Shown piece after piece: positions 37,135 through 51,479 of a stretch of 64,000 bases of DNA. Each line of letters opens with the position of its first letter. Position 1 is the stretch's first letter. Below the pieces are notes generated by a model that saw nothing but the letters and a program-made list of their open reading frames with translations, ran no database searches and had not been told where the DNA came from. This DNA is from the human T2T-CHM13v2.0 reference genome, Homo sapiens, in assembly GCF_009914755.1 (NCBI RefSeq), contig NC_060934.1. One strand, written 5' to 3'. Both the position numbers and the translations under genes were made by a program.

Positions 37135-39719
37135 CTAAGACCCAGAGTTAGGGGGATTTTCTCAGATGGACCAGGGTCCATTTGTATGAAAAGGTAACCA
37201 GGTCCCTGAAATCACCACCTGATGAAAGTGGGAGTCCCGCTGGTGACCTAGGCCCCCCGTAAGAGCCTACAGATTTGAGAAAGGGCTGGTTGGAATCGGT
37301 GTTTAACCATAACTGGCCTCTTACCTTCACCCAGCCACTGGCCACAGAGACACGCATGCTGGAGGTGGGTAAGCCCGGCACACGTCTAAGAACACTGTTA
37401 CCTTATTGCCTCATGGGGGCCACCCCACAGACCTGGGCTAGAGGACATTCCAGCAGCTAAGAACAAGCAGCCGTTTAGACATGTAGGACCAGTGCCCAAC
37501 AGCAAAGCCAGTGTTGTTGAGAAGCAACAGCAGGTGGGACCCCTCTCTCCCTCCCGCTTCCCAGCATGAAGAAGCTGGACTAACACCTTCATACCCTATC
37601 TCCTTTGGACTTAATTTACCCATGGAGCACTTGGACAATTCAGAAAAGGAGAAGACTAGACTTCCTGATAATATGGATCAGGAAACCTCAAGCAATCCAT
37701 TTAATACAATGAAAGAGATGTGAACATATTGATATCTTGAGTTTGTGAGGCAAATCTTTTCAGATATACACCGGCATGTTGCATTGCACAGCTCCAGGGA
37801 AAGACACCCATGTCAGAGTCTGTGTGGCCAGCACCCACAGGCAGCTGTGATGACCCTGGATACAGTCAGGTCCATAGTCCTTCATCTGAGACCTCCAAGT
37901 AAAGAACCATCTGAGAACCTAGAGTTTCTTTTAATTCCTTTTCTGGGAAAACTTGACCTGAATGGACATTTGTGTCTTTATTTGTTTCACTGCAGAAATA
38001 TTCATGTGTGTCATTATAAGGTGTTGTCTCTGACCCCTTTGGGAATGTTATTGCATATACACAATACAAAATCCCCCAAATCTGAAACTGTCGGAGTCTC
38101 AACACAATCCTGGCCACAATGGTTTCAGATATAGGATTGTGGAGTTGGATGTGTCTCAAAATGCTAACCATGGGCATCACTGGATGATTAAATTGTAGGT
38201 TATTTATTTTCTCTTTAATGTTTTCCATTTCCCAAGTTTTCTATACTATAGACTACTGTTATAACAGGGGAAAAAAATGTCACATTTAAAAAATAACGTC
38301 AGGTAGCAGCCCCTTGCTCCTCCCTGAGCACATCCAGGCCACTAGGCTATCCCTCTGCTCAGCCTCTCGTGTGTGAAAAGCTCCTGGCCAGACCATGTTG
38401 CAGGCATCTGCCCTGTCCTCACTCCTCCCGGACCACACCTCACTCCGCATTTGCAGCTCCATTTCTTGGGCATGGCACCCATTTATTCATCTTTTCTCTG
38501 CCCCATGGAATTCTTGCACTGAGCTGGATCAAAGCCCAGCACACTTCCAGTCCTCTTCCCAAGCAGCATTTCTGAAGCAGCACGCTTCCCGTCTTCCCCT
38601 GGCCCATGTCATCAAAGGACAGAGATAGCAAGTTCTATTCAGGCCCAGCCATTCAGGGGCTCCTGATTTCACCCATCCCCCTCTGCAATCTCTGACCGCA
38701 GCATGCTGTGGCCCCTCCTGCACCCCCCTAAACCTGCTCAGCTCTCTGCAGCCTCTCCCGGACAGCCTCACCAGCATAGAATACCTTCCCCAGAGTAAAC
38801 CACCAGGCACAGCATACCCCAGAGTGTTTCTAACCATGATCCTTCTTTGCTTTGCTCAAAGCCACACGTGATGGAAATGGACAGAGTCTAAGTGTGGACA
38901 TACTGCTCTTAACGCAGTCCCTGGGGCCCTTTCCTGGGCCACAGCTTATCAGCCTCCAAAGGCCAGGGGATCATCTTCTTGGCATGTACCACTCTCAGAA
39001 CAACCCACCTACTCCCCTGTCTACCAGATTGCGTGGTTCTCCCTGCTGATGAGTGTGGGCCAGGTGGCTGCCAGGTTGGTGTGAGCTAAGACCACCCCAC
39101 AACAGACCAGTGACACAGCTGGGATGCAGGGATGTGGGGAGCTCCCCACAGGCTGCAGTGTGTTGTGGAGCTCCGACAGAGCAGGCTGGGGGAACCCAGG
39201 GCTTCCTCCCCCAGCTCCAGCTCAATCAGGCCTGGGCTGGAGAGGGGGCATCCAGAATGCAGCCACCAAGCCAGCCTGGGGCACAGCATCCTCTTAACCC
39301 CTATAACTATCTTCTGAATGGGAGGCTCCAAGAGCTGCAGTGACTTGTTCCAGGTGACATTTGCAGGGAATCGGTGAGGGAGTTGAGATCCCAGCCTGTG
39401 TCTAGTTTGACTCATCACCGCACTAAATTGCACGGGAGCCATATTCACTCGTGATCTCTAATGCTCAGCAGTGCATCCCACCAACAGAGCAGGGAGGCTT
39501 GCTGGCAGGTTCCGATTCTGCAAGGAGCAGGCCTCTTCTGAGCCCTGATGTGGTCCCCACACTCTCCCCATCTCCCCAGCCCCCACGGTTCACTGTGATC
39601 TTGTGCTGTCCTTTCTATATTTGGAGGACTACTTGGTCTTGTTTCCTGGATTCTTCACTCCTGTGGCCCAGGAGATGGAGCATATGTCACCCTGCCTGGA
39701 GATTCTTCTGAAGAGCCCT

Positions 39720-40537
<818 letters not shown>

Positions 40538-41849
40538 TAGTTACAATGAAATAAAATTAAAACTTATTTCTTTAGCCTCACCAGCTTCCTTTCAAATGCG
40601 TGGCTAATGGCTTCCCTATCAGGCAGTGCAGACTGAAGAACATTTCCATGGTTACTGAGAGTTCTACTCAGCACTTCTGTTGTGAAGGATTCACCTTCCC
40701 CAAGCTGTGTGCCACATTTCACACAGCAGGTGCACAGGGATGCCAGCTCTCTTTTTTCCACCCCTTCTCTTTACTCTCCTCTTCTTTGCATCTCTCCCCT
40801 CTGATTCACTTCTCTTCCTTTCCCCCTTCCCTTCCTGTCCCCTTCCTACTTCAGAACAGAACAGGCAACCTATTTCACCTCCAACTAACTGGGATATTTT
40901 TAAATTTTCAAAGCACATCTATTCCTTTCTTATGAAACGGTTTTAAAAATCAGATAAAATTCTTGGACAGAGAAGTGTTGGCAGAGAACCTAATTGTTTT
41001 TAAATAGAAATATATCTGATTTAGAAGGACTAGAAGATAACAAACACGGACCTAGGACCTATGTCCTAACTCAGACAAGCTCACATGATGCAGGGGAAAT
41101 AAGTTTCTGAAGAGCGAAACTGTTCAGTCAAAGCTTGCAGCCACCAAGGGTACCCACCCATGTCACCTAGGAAGTGTTAAGCCTGCACACCTAGGAAGTG
41201 TTAAACCTGTCTGCCTGCAGAGCTGGCTTTTCCTGCTGCTGCTGTCTCCCTCTGAATGTCCAGGAGCACAGAGCCTCTCCCTTCCTGGGTCTGAGACTTG
41301 CAAATGGCTAAGGGGCCTGGCTCCATACCACGCCCAGGCCAGACCTAACTGGTCTGCAGAGGCAGGACTGGCACTTCAAAACCTGCCAGCTAGGTTTCCC
41401 TATAGCACAGGGTCTCCACACATGTGGGTATATAGCAAGTGCTGAAAAAATGCAACCTCTTTTCCCTGTCTGTGAACCAGCCATTGTATAGCAGGAGCGT
41501 GCTAATGACAAAGTGTCAGCCCAGGATAAATGGGATATCGAGATAACTATGTGGCTAAAAGCCAAGCCCCATTTTTGCTTGACATGACAAAGCAATTGAA
41601 GCTAATAGATTTTGTTCCTGAAACACTAAAACCAATTATCCACTTTTGCTTTGTTTGGAAATTACAATTTCAAACGATTTATACACTGTTTAGAGGCTGA
41701 GATTTTTGATATTGTCTTAATATTGGGGTTTCACTGTCCCCACCCAGGATCTCTCCTTTAAATTCATACACTCAGGATCTTCACTCAGGATCTGACAGTG
41801 AGTTTTTCTGTTTTCTTTATGTACTCAATAGCTGTGTGCTAGTAAGTCC

Positions 41850-42035
41850 CAGAATACTTAACTAGCTGTATGCATTTTGGCAATTAACTGCCTTGAATCC
41901 CAGTCTCCACATCTGCAAATGTGGAATAATAATTAGATCCTCCCAGGGTAAGTGAGAGGATTAAGGTGAAATGTATTCTGCAAAGCTCCCAGTGTAATGC
42001 CTGGCACATAGTAGATGCTCGATAAACAGTAGGAA
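41850..42035. mobile_element. MIR in the GDF2 intron
   Basis: cccagtctccacatctgcaaatgtggaataataat...gaggattaaggtga...gcctggcacatagtagatgctcgataaa. Confidence 0.75.
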
Positions 42036-42183
42036 CTCTCAATCCCAATTGGAGGCATCTCCTTTGGAAGATCTTAAGTGTACCTTTCAAAATACTCTTA
42101 TACTTTAAGGGCTTGGGTGAAACCAAATAGAGATAATACAGACCAAAATTGTTATCCCAGATGCTCTTCTGTCTAAACCCTGA

Positions 42184-43194
<1,011 letters not shown>

Positions 43195-44979
43195 TATCTG
43201 CCTGCGGGGCTGGGGAGGCAGGCCAAAGGGGCTCCACATGAGAGGTCCTGCATGCCCCTGGGCACAACAAGGACTGATTCAATCTGCATGCCAGCCTGGA
43301 GGAGGAAAGGGAGCCTGCTCTCCCTCCCCACACCCCACCCAAAGCATACACCGCTGAGCTCAACTGCCAGGGAAGGCTAAGGAAATGGGGATTTGAGCAC
43401 AACAGGAAAGCCTGGGAGGGTTGTTGGGATGCAAGGAGGTGATGAAAAGGAGACAGGGGGAAAAATAATCCATAGTCAGCAGAAAACAACAGCAGTGAGC
43501 CAGAGGAGCACAGGCGGGCAGGTCACTGCAGAGACTGATGGAAGTTAGAGAGGTGGAGGAGGCCAGCTCGCTCCAAAACCCTTGGGGAGTCGAGGGAAGG
43601 AGCAGGCCGCGTGTCACACCCATCATTGTATGTTATTTCCCACAACCCAGTTGGAGGGGCATGGCTTCCAATTTAGAGACATAAAACACAGGCAGATCAA
43701 GTAGCATTGATCAATGGCATGATTCCAACTCAGATTTGTGGGACACCAAAGCCCAGGATCTTCCCAAGTGCCCTGCTGCAGTTTAGCAGGTCCTCTCCAG
43801 CTAAAGAGCAGTGAGACATTGGGAGCCCAGGAGTGTTGAGGCCAGGCCAGGCTGAGGCCCATCAGTCACAGGTGTGACTGGGCTGCTTGTCACACACAGG
43901 GCGTGGTCTGGCCACTGTTGCCAGTGCTCACTCAGCGGCCACATGCTTTTTAATATGACCCCTGAGGCACTGAAAAATAACCCCAGGCCAACTGCAGGAT
44001 AGAGAGAGAGGTCAGGACAGCAGCCCTGTGGGCTGCATGATACACTGTGGCTGGAGTTATTGTGACCCCCTGGTGCAGTGCTCCCACGGCCAGTGGTGCA
44101 CACAGGGCCATTCACTGTCCATAGACTGAAACCATGTGACCATTTGAGAGGGCCGGGCACACTTTCCCCTGAGGGATGGGGCAGCCTGTGGCCAGCACCT
44201 CTGCAGTTACTCTGCATAGCCAGCTCACCAGCATGCCATGCCCAGGGTGCCCCCCAGTGACAACCTCATGGGAGACGGGCCTGGATTTGAATTTGTTGGA
44301 ATTAAATGTGCTCTGGCTTTGGTCTTTGAAACATATCTATTTTTATTCCTTGGTGACATGTCCTTAAGTGACAAGACTCCAGCCTTCCTGGGCGAGGCCT
44401 CTCCAGCCTCGGAAGAGCTGCAGTCCTTATCGGCGATCACTGGCTCTGCCTGCATTTGCCGGCTCTCTTGAGTCACGTGCATCCCAGCACCCCGCCTGGG
44501 CTCGGACTGTGGGACCAGACTCAGCCTCCCCGAACACAAGGGAAGATAAGGCTTCCATTTGCTCTGTGTTTCACCCTCTCCTCTGTCTCTCCAGGCCACA
44601 CATGGAACGGGGCGGTATGAGGAAGAGTCTGAAAGTGGTGAAGAGTGCACCTATGGCCCTCTGACCTCCAGCCAGAGCAGGGCCTAGGGGAGGCTTAGAG
44701 AGGCCAGGGCCTCTCCCCGTGGTTGAAGCTCCCATTTATTTAAGAAAAAGTGGGGGGTGGGGAAAACGTTATGTTAAATGTTTACATGGAACCAATGAAC
44801 AACTTTAACACACAAATACAACGAAACATTCTTGTTTAATTACTGGCGTTATAGAAAATATGAATTCCTGCTACATGCCGGGCAGTGTAGTGTTACAATG
44901 CTATTCCAAGTTGGGTGTTGAGCATCTTCTTTCAGTCCTGGTGGTGTGCTTCTGTGCCTGCTTGAAAATTTCACTCGGA

Positions 44980-44985
44980 AATAAA
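44980..44985 (+). terminator. GDF2: GDF2 polyadenylation signal (AATAAA)
   Basis: First canonical AATAAA I found after the GDF2 stop. Preceded by AU-rich sequence (ATTTATTTA, 44734-44742). Implies a 3' UTR of about 1.8 kb. Confidence 0.75.
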
Positions 44986-45162
44986 GTCAAATGTCTAATT
45001 TGCAGCCCCTCCTGAATGTGAGACCCAATCTGGAGGACCCTATAGACTCATACCCTGCCTACCCCACCCTCCAGACCCCACTGGGTTGGGCCTCCCCTTC
45101 CTAAGGAGGCAGAGGGGAGGGGCAGGCAGCCATCTCAGGACTGGGTGGATGCAGGTGGGTGG

Positions 45163-46995
45163 TGTCTGCACACTGGGGTGAGTGATGTGGTGTGTGCACA
45201 TTGGGGTGAGTGATGTGTTTGCACACTGGGGTGAGTAATGTGTGTGCACACTGGAGTGAGTGATGCAGTGTGTGCACACTGGGGTAATATGTGTGCACAC
45301 TGCAGTGAGTGATGTGTGTGCGCACTGGGGTGAGTGATGTGTGTGCACACTGGGGTGAGTGATGTGATGTGCACACTGGTGTGAGTGATGTGTGCACACA
45401 TTGGGGTGAGTGACGTGATGTGCACACTGGAGTGATGTGTGTGCACACTGGAGTGAGTGATGTGTGTGCACACTGGGGTGAGTGATGTGTGCACACATTG
45501 GGGTGAGTAATGTGTGTGCACACTGGAGTGAGTGATGTGTGTGCACACTGGGGTGAGTGGTGTGTGTGCACACTGGTGTGAGTGATGTGTGCACACATTG
45601 GGGTGAGTGATGTGAAGTGCACACTGGAATGAGTGATGTGTGTGCACACTGGGGTGAGTGATGTGTGTGCACCCTGGGGTGAGTGATGTGGTGTGTGCAC
45701 ATTGGGGTGAATGATGTGTGTGCACACTGGGGTGAGTGATGCAGTGTGTGCACACTGGGGTAATGTGTGTGCACACTGGGGTGAGTGATGTGTGTGCACA
45801 CTGGGGTGAGTGATGTGGTGTGTGCACACTGGGGTGAGTGATGTGTGCACACTGGAGTGAGTCATGTGTGCACACATTGGGGTGAGTGATGTGATGTGCA
45901 CGCTGGTATGAGTGATGTGATGTGCACGCTGGGGTGAGTGATGTGTGTGCACACTGGGATGAGTGATCTGTGTGCACGCTGGGGTGAGTGATGTGTGTGC
46001 ACACTGGGGTAAGTGATGTGTGTACACCCTGGGGTGAGTGATGTGTGTGCACACTGGGGCGAGTGATGTGTGTGCACCCTGGGGTGAGTGATGTGTGTGC
46101 ACCCTGGGGTGAGTGATGTGATGTGCACACTGGGGTGAGTGATGTGTGTGCACCCTGGGGTGAGTGATGCGGTGTGTGCACACTGGAGTGAGTGATGTGA
46201 TGTGCACACTGGGGTGAGTGATGTGTGTGCACACGGGGGTGAGTGATTCAGTGTGTGCACCCTGGGGTGAGTGATGCGGTGTGTGCACACTGGGGTGAGT
46301 GACGTGGTGTGTGCACACTGAGGGGGGTGAGTGACGTGGTGTGTGCACACTGGGGTGAGTGATGTGGTGTGTGCACACTGGGGTGAGTGACGTGGTGTGT
46401 GCACACTGAGGGGGGTGAGTGATGTGGTGTGTGCACCCTGGGGTGAGTGATGCGGTGTGTGCACACTGAGGGGGTGAGTGATGCGGTGTGTGCACATTGG
46501 GGTGAGTGATGTGGTGTGTGCACACTGAGGGGGATGAGTGATGTGTGTGCACACTGGGGTGAGTGATGCAGTGTGTGCACACTGGGGTGAGTGATGTGGT
46601 GTGTGCACCCTGGGGTGAGTGATGCAGTGTGTGCACCGTGGGGTGAGTGACGTGGTGTGTGCACACTGAGGGGGGTGAGTGATGTAGTGTGTGCACACTG
46701 GGGTGAGTGATGCGGTGTGTGCACCCTGGGGTGAGTGATGCGGTGTGTGCACACTGGGGTGAGTGATGCGGTGTGTGCACCCTGGGATGAGTGATGCGGT
46801 GTGTGCACACTGGGGTGAGTGATGTGGTGTGTGCACACTGAGGGGGGTGAGTGATGTGTGTGCACACTGGGATGAGTGATGCGGTGTGTGCACACTGGGG
46901 TGAGTGATGTGGTGTGTGCACACTGGGGTGAATGACGTGGTGTGTGCACACTGAGCGGGGTGAGTGATGTGGTGTGTGCACACTGGGGTGAGTGG
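45163..46995. repeat. Minisatellite/VNTR, unit mostly 23-32 bp (core GATGTGTGTGCACACTGGGGTGAGT), roughly 65-70 copies
   Basis: Directly visible tandem array, for example 25-bp units starting at 45311 and 45336. Copy number estimated from length divided by period. Confidence 0.97.
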
Positions 46996-48224
46996 AGTGC
47001 TCGTGTATGAGCTTTTGTGTGTGAGGGGGTGGGACGTCTATGTGTAGAGGTTTGCAAGTCAAAGATGACACTTACTTCCCTGCCTTCCTCTACCTCCCCA
47101 CGTCAGGAGAAGCTGGCCCTGAATTGCCCTAAAAGACAATCCTTAACTCCTCCCCTCCTCTCCAGCCTACCACCACCTTCTTGTTCTCTGACCCCACAGC
47201 GGGGGCTGCCTTGCTGGCCCCAATCCCAGCCCCATAGCTCCAACCAATCTTCTGGGTGTCCCAGCTACAGTGCCACCACCCCCACCCCCGCCTGATGCTC
47301 CTGATGGACCTCTCTGGCTCTGAGGAGGGCCACAATATTCCTCCTGCACGGTCATCATTGGCCTGGCTCTGAGAGCTGCTGACATCTTGTCTTGAGTCCC
47401 CTGGGGAAAAGGCCTGTGTGCCTCTCACCTTGGTCACTCCTGGAGGGCCAACATGATTGACAGATGTGCAGTGAGAGAACATACAAGGAAACACCCAAGA
47501 CATGTTCCCTGGCCTCCATGTCACTGGGCGATTCTTGTGATCAAATTTCCTCTGCCTGATGACTGCCACGTTCAAGGCTGCATTCGTAATGTTTCCTGAA
47601 GTATTTCCCTTGCATTCCATCAGGATGGTGATCTTCTCAATGTCACATGGATGAAGAAGTGGAAGTCCAGCAAAGCCAGAGGCCTGTCCCCAGCCATACA
47701 CTGAGTTGGCAGGATAGCCAGGCTGTCCTCTGCCCCTCATTGTGACCTGACCTCTGTACCACAGCAAGTGGAGAGAGGCTGGGGAATGCCATGTAGAAAG
47801 CAGCAGCGAGACACATGGAGAGACAGAGACAGTAAGACAATGGGGATGCAGAGAGGCTGCCAGGAGCACCTCCGAGCACCAGCCCTGGCCCAGCGCTGCC
47901 TCCAGTGCCTCTAAATAACCAGCAGATGAGTAGGAGTCTTTATCCTACCTTTTACAATCACATAGGAGACAGAAGCACTTGGAGCCCTCACACTTTGCTA
48001 GAGCCACAAGCCAGCAACTGCTGGAGCCAGAATTTGAGCTCCAGTTTGTGACACCAAGTCCAGATTCTCTCTACTGTATGGACTACTGTCCTGGTGCTTT
48101 CCTCAGTGTCAAGGTTAAAGTCACACTGAAAGGAAAAATCAAAACGAGGGCATAAAAAAGATAAAACAAACACAATCTATGCTCTCCTGGGCGAATGCTG
48201 CCCTACCAGGGTGCTGCCCCATCT

Positions 48225-48410
48225 TGGTCTCCACCCACACTGGGCTCCACCCTCTCTGGACTCTGCCCTCTCTGGGATCACTCCTCCCTGGGCATTGCTG
48301 TCCCTGGGCACTACCCTCCCTGGGTTCTCTCTGCCCTTGACTCTTCCCTCCCTGGACTCTCCCCTCCCTAGGCTCTTCTCCACCTAGGGACCACCCTCCC
48401 TGGGCATTGC
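48225..48410. repeat. Degenerate 16-bp tandem repeat, about 11-13 copies
   Basis: CT(G/A/T)G anchors at 48240, 48256, 48272, 48288, 48304, 48320, 48336, 48352, 48368, 48384 and 48400. Confidence 0.85.
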
Positions 48411-49104
48411 CTTTCTTGCCCCGCCAGTGTGAGAATCTCTGGTCAGCCTGGCACCTGTAGGGCACTACTCACTTGAGAAGGAGAGGTCTTGTTAGCAGGT
48501 CACTAAACACTGGGGCTGTCCCGCTTTCAGAATTCTACCAGAATTGGAAGAGAAGAATCCCTGGTCAGTACTTTTGGGAGTGTGCAGCCTTGTCTTTTTC
48601 AAGCCTGGCTTAACTCCCCAGCGCAGGTGGAAGTGGGAGGCCCCGCCCCACTGAACTCAGAAGCTCTTTTTCCCTGTTGGGCACCAAGGCTTTGGTTCCG
48701 TATCTGGTTCTTCTGATCTGCTGTCTCTGCCCTGGATGTCAGCTCCTCCTCAGAATCTTCCTTAGATTTCTGCTATGCCTGCCCCTGGGGCCTCTTATTC
48801 TGGGCCCCTAAGATAGGCCCGCTTGGACCTGGAAGGCTCCACGCCATCATCTCTGGGGGTCCTTACAGCAGCCCTCAGGGAGGTGGGTTTGCTCCTCTGC
48901 AGATGAGGAAGGGAGGTGGAGGAGGTAGTGCTGGGCACACAGCAGCGGAGCCCGGATGACTGTCACATCTGGGGGTGCACTCCCTTCCCTGACAAGCCCT
49001 GCAGCAGGCCTGGCCTCCAGCTGTGACAGTGCAGAGATGGAGGAGAGGCCAGTAGGACCATGCTGGCCTTTCACCCATAAGGGGCCTGGCTCCGAGAATG
49101 CTAC

Positions 49105-49258
49105 AGTTCTCGCAGGCTCGGGTGTGTGGCCCACTAGGCGCTCAGGCTCTGCGCTTGGTTTAATGGTCTGCTGTTGCCATCTTGAAATGTGTAATAAGTT
49201 TAGAAGAAGGGGCCCATGTTTTCATTCTGCACTCAGCTCCACCAACGATCAGCCAATT
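49105..49258. mobile_element. MER91A-like hAT MITE
   Basis: gcttggtttaatggtctgctgttgccatcttgaaat...aggggcccatgttttcattctgcact. Confidence 0.65.
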
Positions 49259-50230
49259 CTAAATGCATGTAGGGGGTGACATCTTGGTTTCTCAAGTCCC
49301 AGAGATACTTGGGAGCTGTTTCAGGCCTCAGGGGCGACTTGGTCCTGGGAAGACAGGAATCTGAACGTTGCTGCTAAGAGCTTGCCCAGGGAGTCCAACA
49401 GCCCTGCCTGCCTCCCCAGGTGCAGAGTGAGGAAGCCCTGAGGCTTCTCCAGTGTGTCAGCCAAGGTCAGAGAAACTGCTCATCTTTCAAAGGCCAGCCT
49501 GTGATATCCGTGCAGCAGCGAGTTGGGGGAGGGGTCGGAACTGCTGCCACTTCTTCCCTGGCCTTCTCCCGAAGCACCAAGGAAACCATGCCCAAGGCAG
49601 GCCACACCTCAAGCTAGCGGGAAACACAGGTGGTTTATGCAGGGTAGGACTGAACAAACCTTCAGAACATTTTTCTTTTCCTTTACAAATTGTAGAATCT
49701 GAACCTTGGAAAAGAGCACCTACTCCAGGCAGAAACCTGCACAGCAGTGGCCTCAGCTTCCCTGGAACACTTCTGGCTCAGCCTCCCACCACTCTCCCAG
49801 AAAGCCTGGTTCATGTGAACACGCCCATTTATCAGGAGGATGTTCTCAAGCCTGAGCCAAAATCTGTCTCTCCTCAGCACCCTCCCATGAGCTTCTGCTC
49901 TGACTCCAGGGACCCCTTGGTCCTGGAGAGCCGTGATATATGAGCCATCTCCCTGGAGGGTGGAGGGGGTTAGGCTTGGGCAGAAATGGACAGGGTTCTA
50001 GCCAACCAGGCGCCAGGGGCTGGGTCACTTTCTGGATCAAAGTGAGAAAAATGAAGACAATGAAATATTGTTTGTAAAAGCCAAATACAGTTTCAGGAGT
50101 GTTCAAATATCTTCCTACTTTTTATGAAATAATAGAGACAGTAGGTAATAGGTTTGTGGGGTTTATTTTAATAATGTTCAGACTTGGCAAAATAAAATTG
50201 TGACAACTCTGCATTGATTTTCAAAATGAT

Positions 50231-50353
50231 TATTTGAGACAGGGTCTCGCTCTGTTGCCCAGGCTGGAGTGCAGTAATCTTAGCTCACTATAACCTCTAA
50301 TTTCTGGGCTCAAGCAATCCTCCCACCTCAGCCTCCCAAGAAGCTGGGACTAC
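50231..50353 (-). mobile_element. Alu monomer / AluJ fragment
   Basis: tgagacagggtctcgctctgttgcccaggctggagtgcag...gggctcaagcaatcctcccacctcagcctccc. Confidence 0.8.
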
Positions 50354-51479
50354 TACTACTACACAAATTCTGACCAGAGCCCAGAGATGGGAAGATGAGA
50401 TTCACACAGATGCTAGTCGTACGCAGGCATTGGCACTGGCATGCTCTGAGCCCTCAGTGGAAGGCAGCTGCTCTTACTACTAACCAAAGGAATGAAGATC
50501 AGATCAACAAGAAGTTTCTATTAAAGAGCCTTCCAATACTCACACTCTCTGAAAAAGAAATCTTGACTCCAAGTCTGTATCTTAAAAATCAATATTTAAT
50601 ATGGAAAGATTCAGTATATTAATTAAATTAATTTAAAAAATAAGTTTAGCTTTAATTTAGTATAATTTGATGTTAACCGAACATTGCTTTTCATACTGAA
50701 AAACAGAAAACTATCTAAAATGACCAACAATAGGAGAATAATTGAATGAACTGTGGTTAGTTCCTTCCTCTTTCTTCCTGGACCTGATTTGGGGTAGGGT
50801 TACAGAGCATCCAATTTTTCTCCAGAAGTCACTGGGACACACAGCTGAGGGGCAGCAGGAGATAGAAAGAAAACAAGACTGTGTGTGTCTTCAGTCACCC
50901 CAGATACCAGCCTCTTTGCCTCAAACAACACAGGTTTGAATTGAAGCAGAGCCTGACCAGGAATGACAGCTCCCTCACCCATACCCGCCCTAGACACGTA
51001 GCTGGATATACATGTCCACGTGGACACACCACACACTACACGTGGACACGTCCACACATGGACACACCATATATAATTTAATATATTACATTATAACTTA
51101 ATATATTCAATCTTTCCGTATTTCATACACTTTTTAAGATAGAGGCTCTGAGTTAAGATTCCTCTTTCAAAGAGTATGAGTATTGCAAGACTCTTTAACA
51201 GAAACTTCTCACTGATTACATACACATCACCTGTGTGCACACATGGACACATCACACATTAACACATGCATGCATGCATGTGTGCATGTATACATATGTG
51301 CACCACACATGTGCACACCCACACAGGCTCACACATGCATGCAACAGGACTTTCTGATGCATTAGGCAACTTCTGAAACTACTAAAAGGCTCAGAGGAAA
51401 CACTCTCTTCTTGGGCAAACTGAGGCAGAAAGAAAGGAAGAGAAGAAACTGTGTCTGAGGATGCTGTGGTTTACATTCA

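Noticed and set aside
45163-46995. Repeat array with a palindromic core, superficially CRISPR-like
   Set aside because: No unique spacers, no cas genes, and the DNA is human; it is a minisatellite.
45040-47071. Long His/Thr/Cys/Pro-rich minus-strand ORFs (up to 656 aa) that look like metal-binding repeat proteins
   Set aside because: They are open in all three frames because the C/A-rich strand of the VNTR rarely forms stop codons. Unit lengths are mostly not multiples of 3, and no promoter or splice context supports them.
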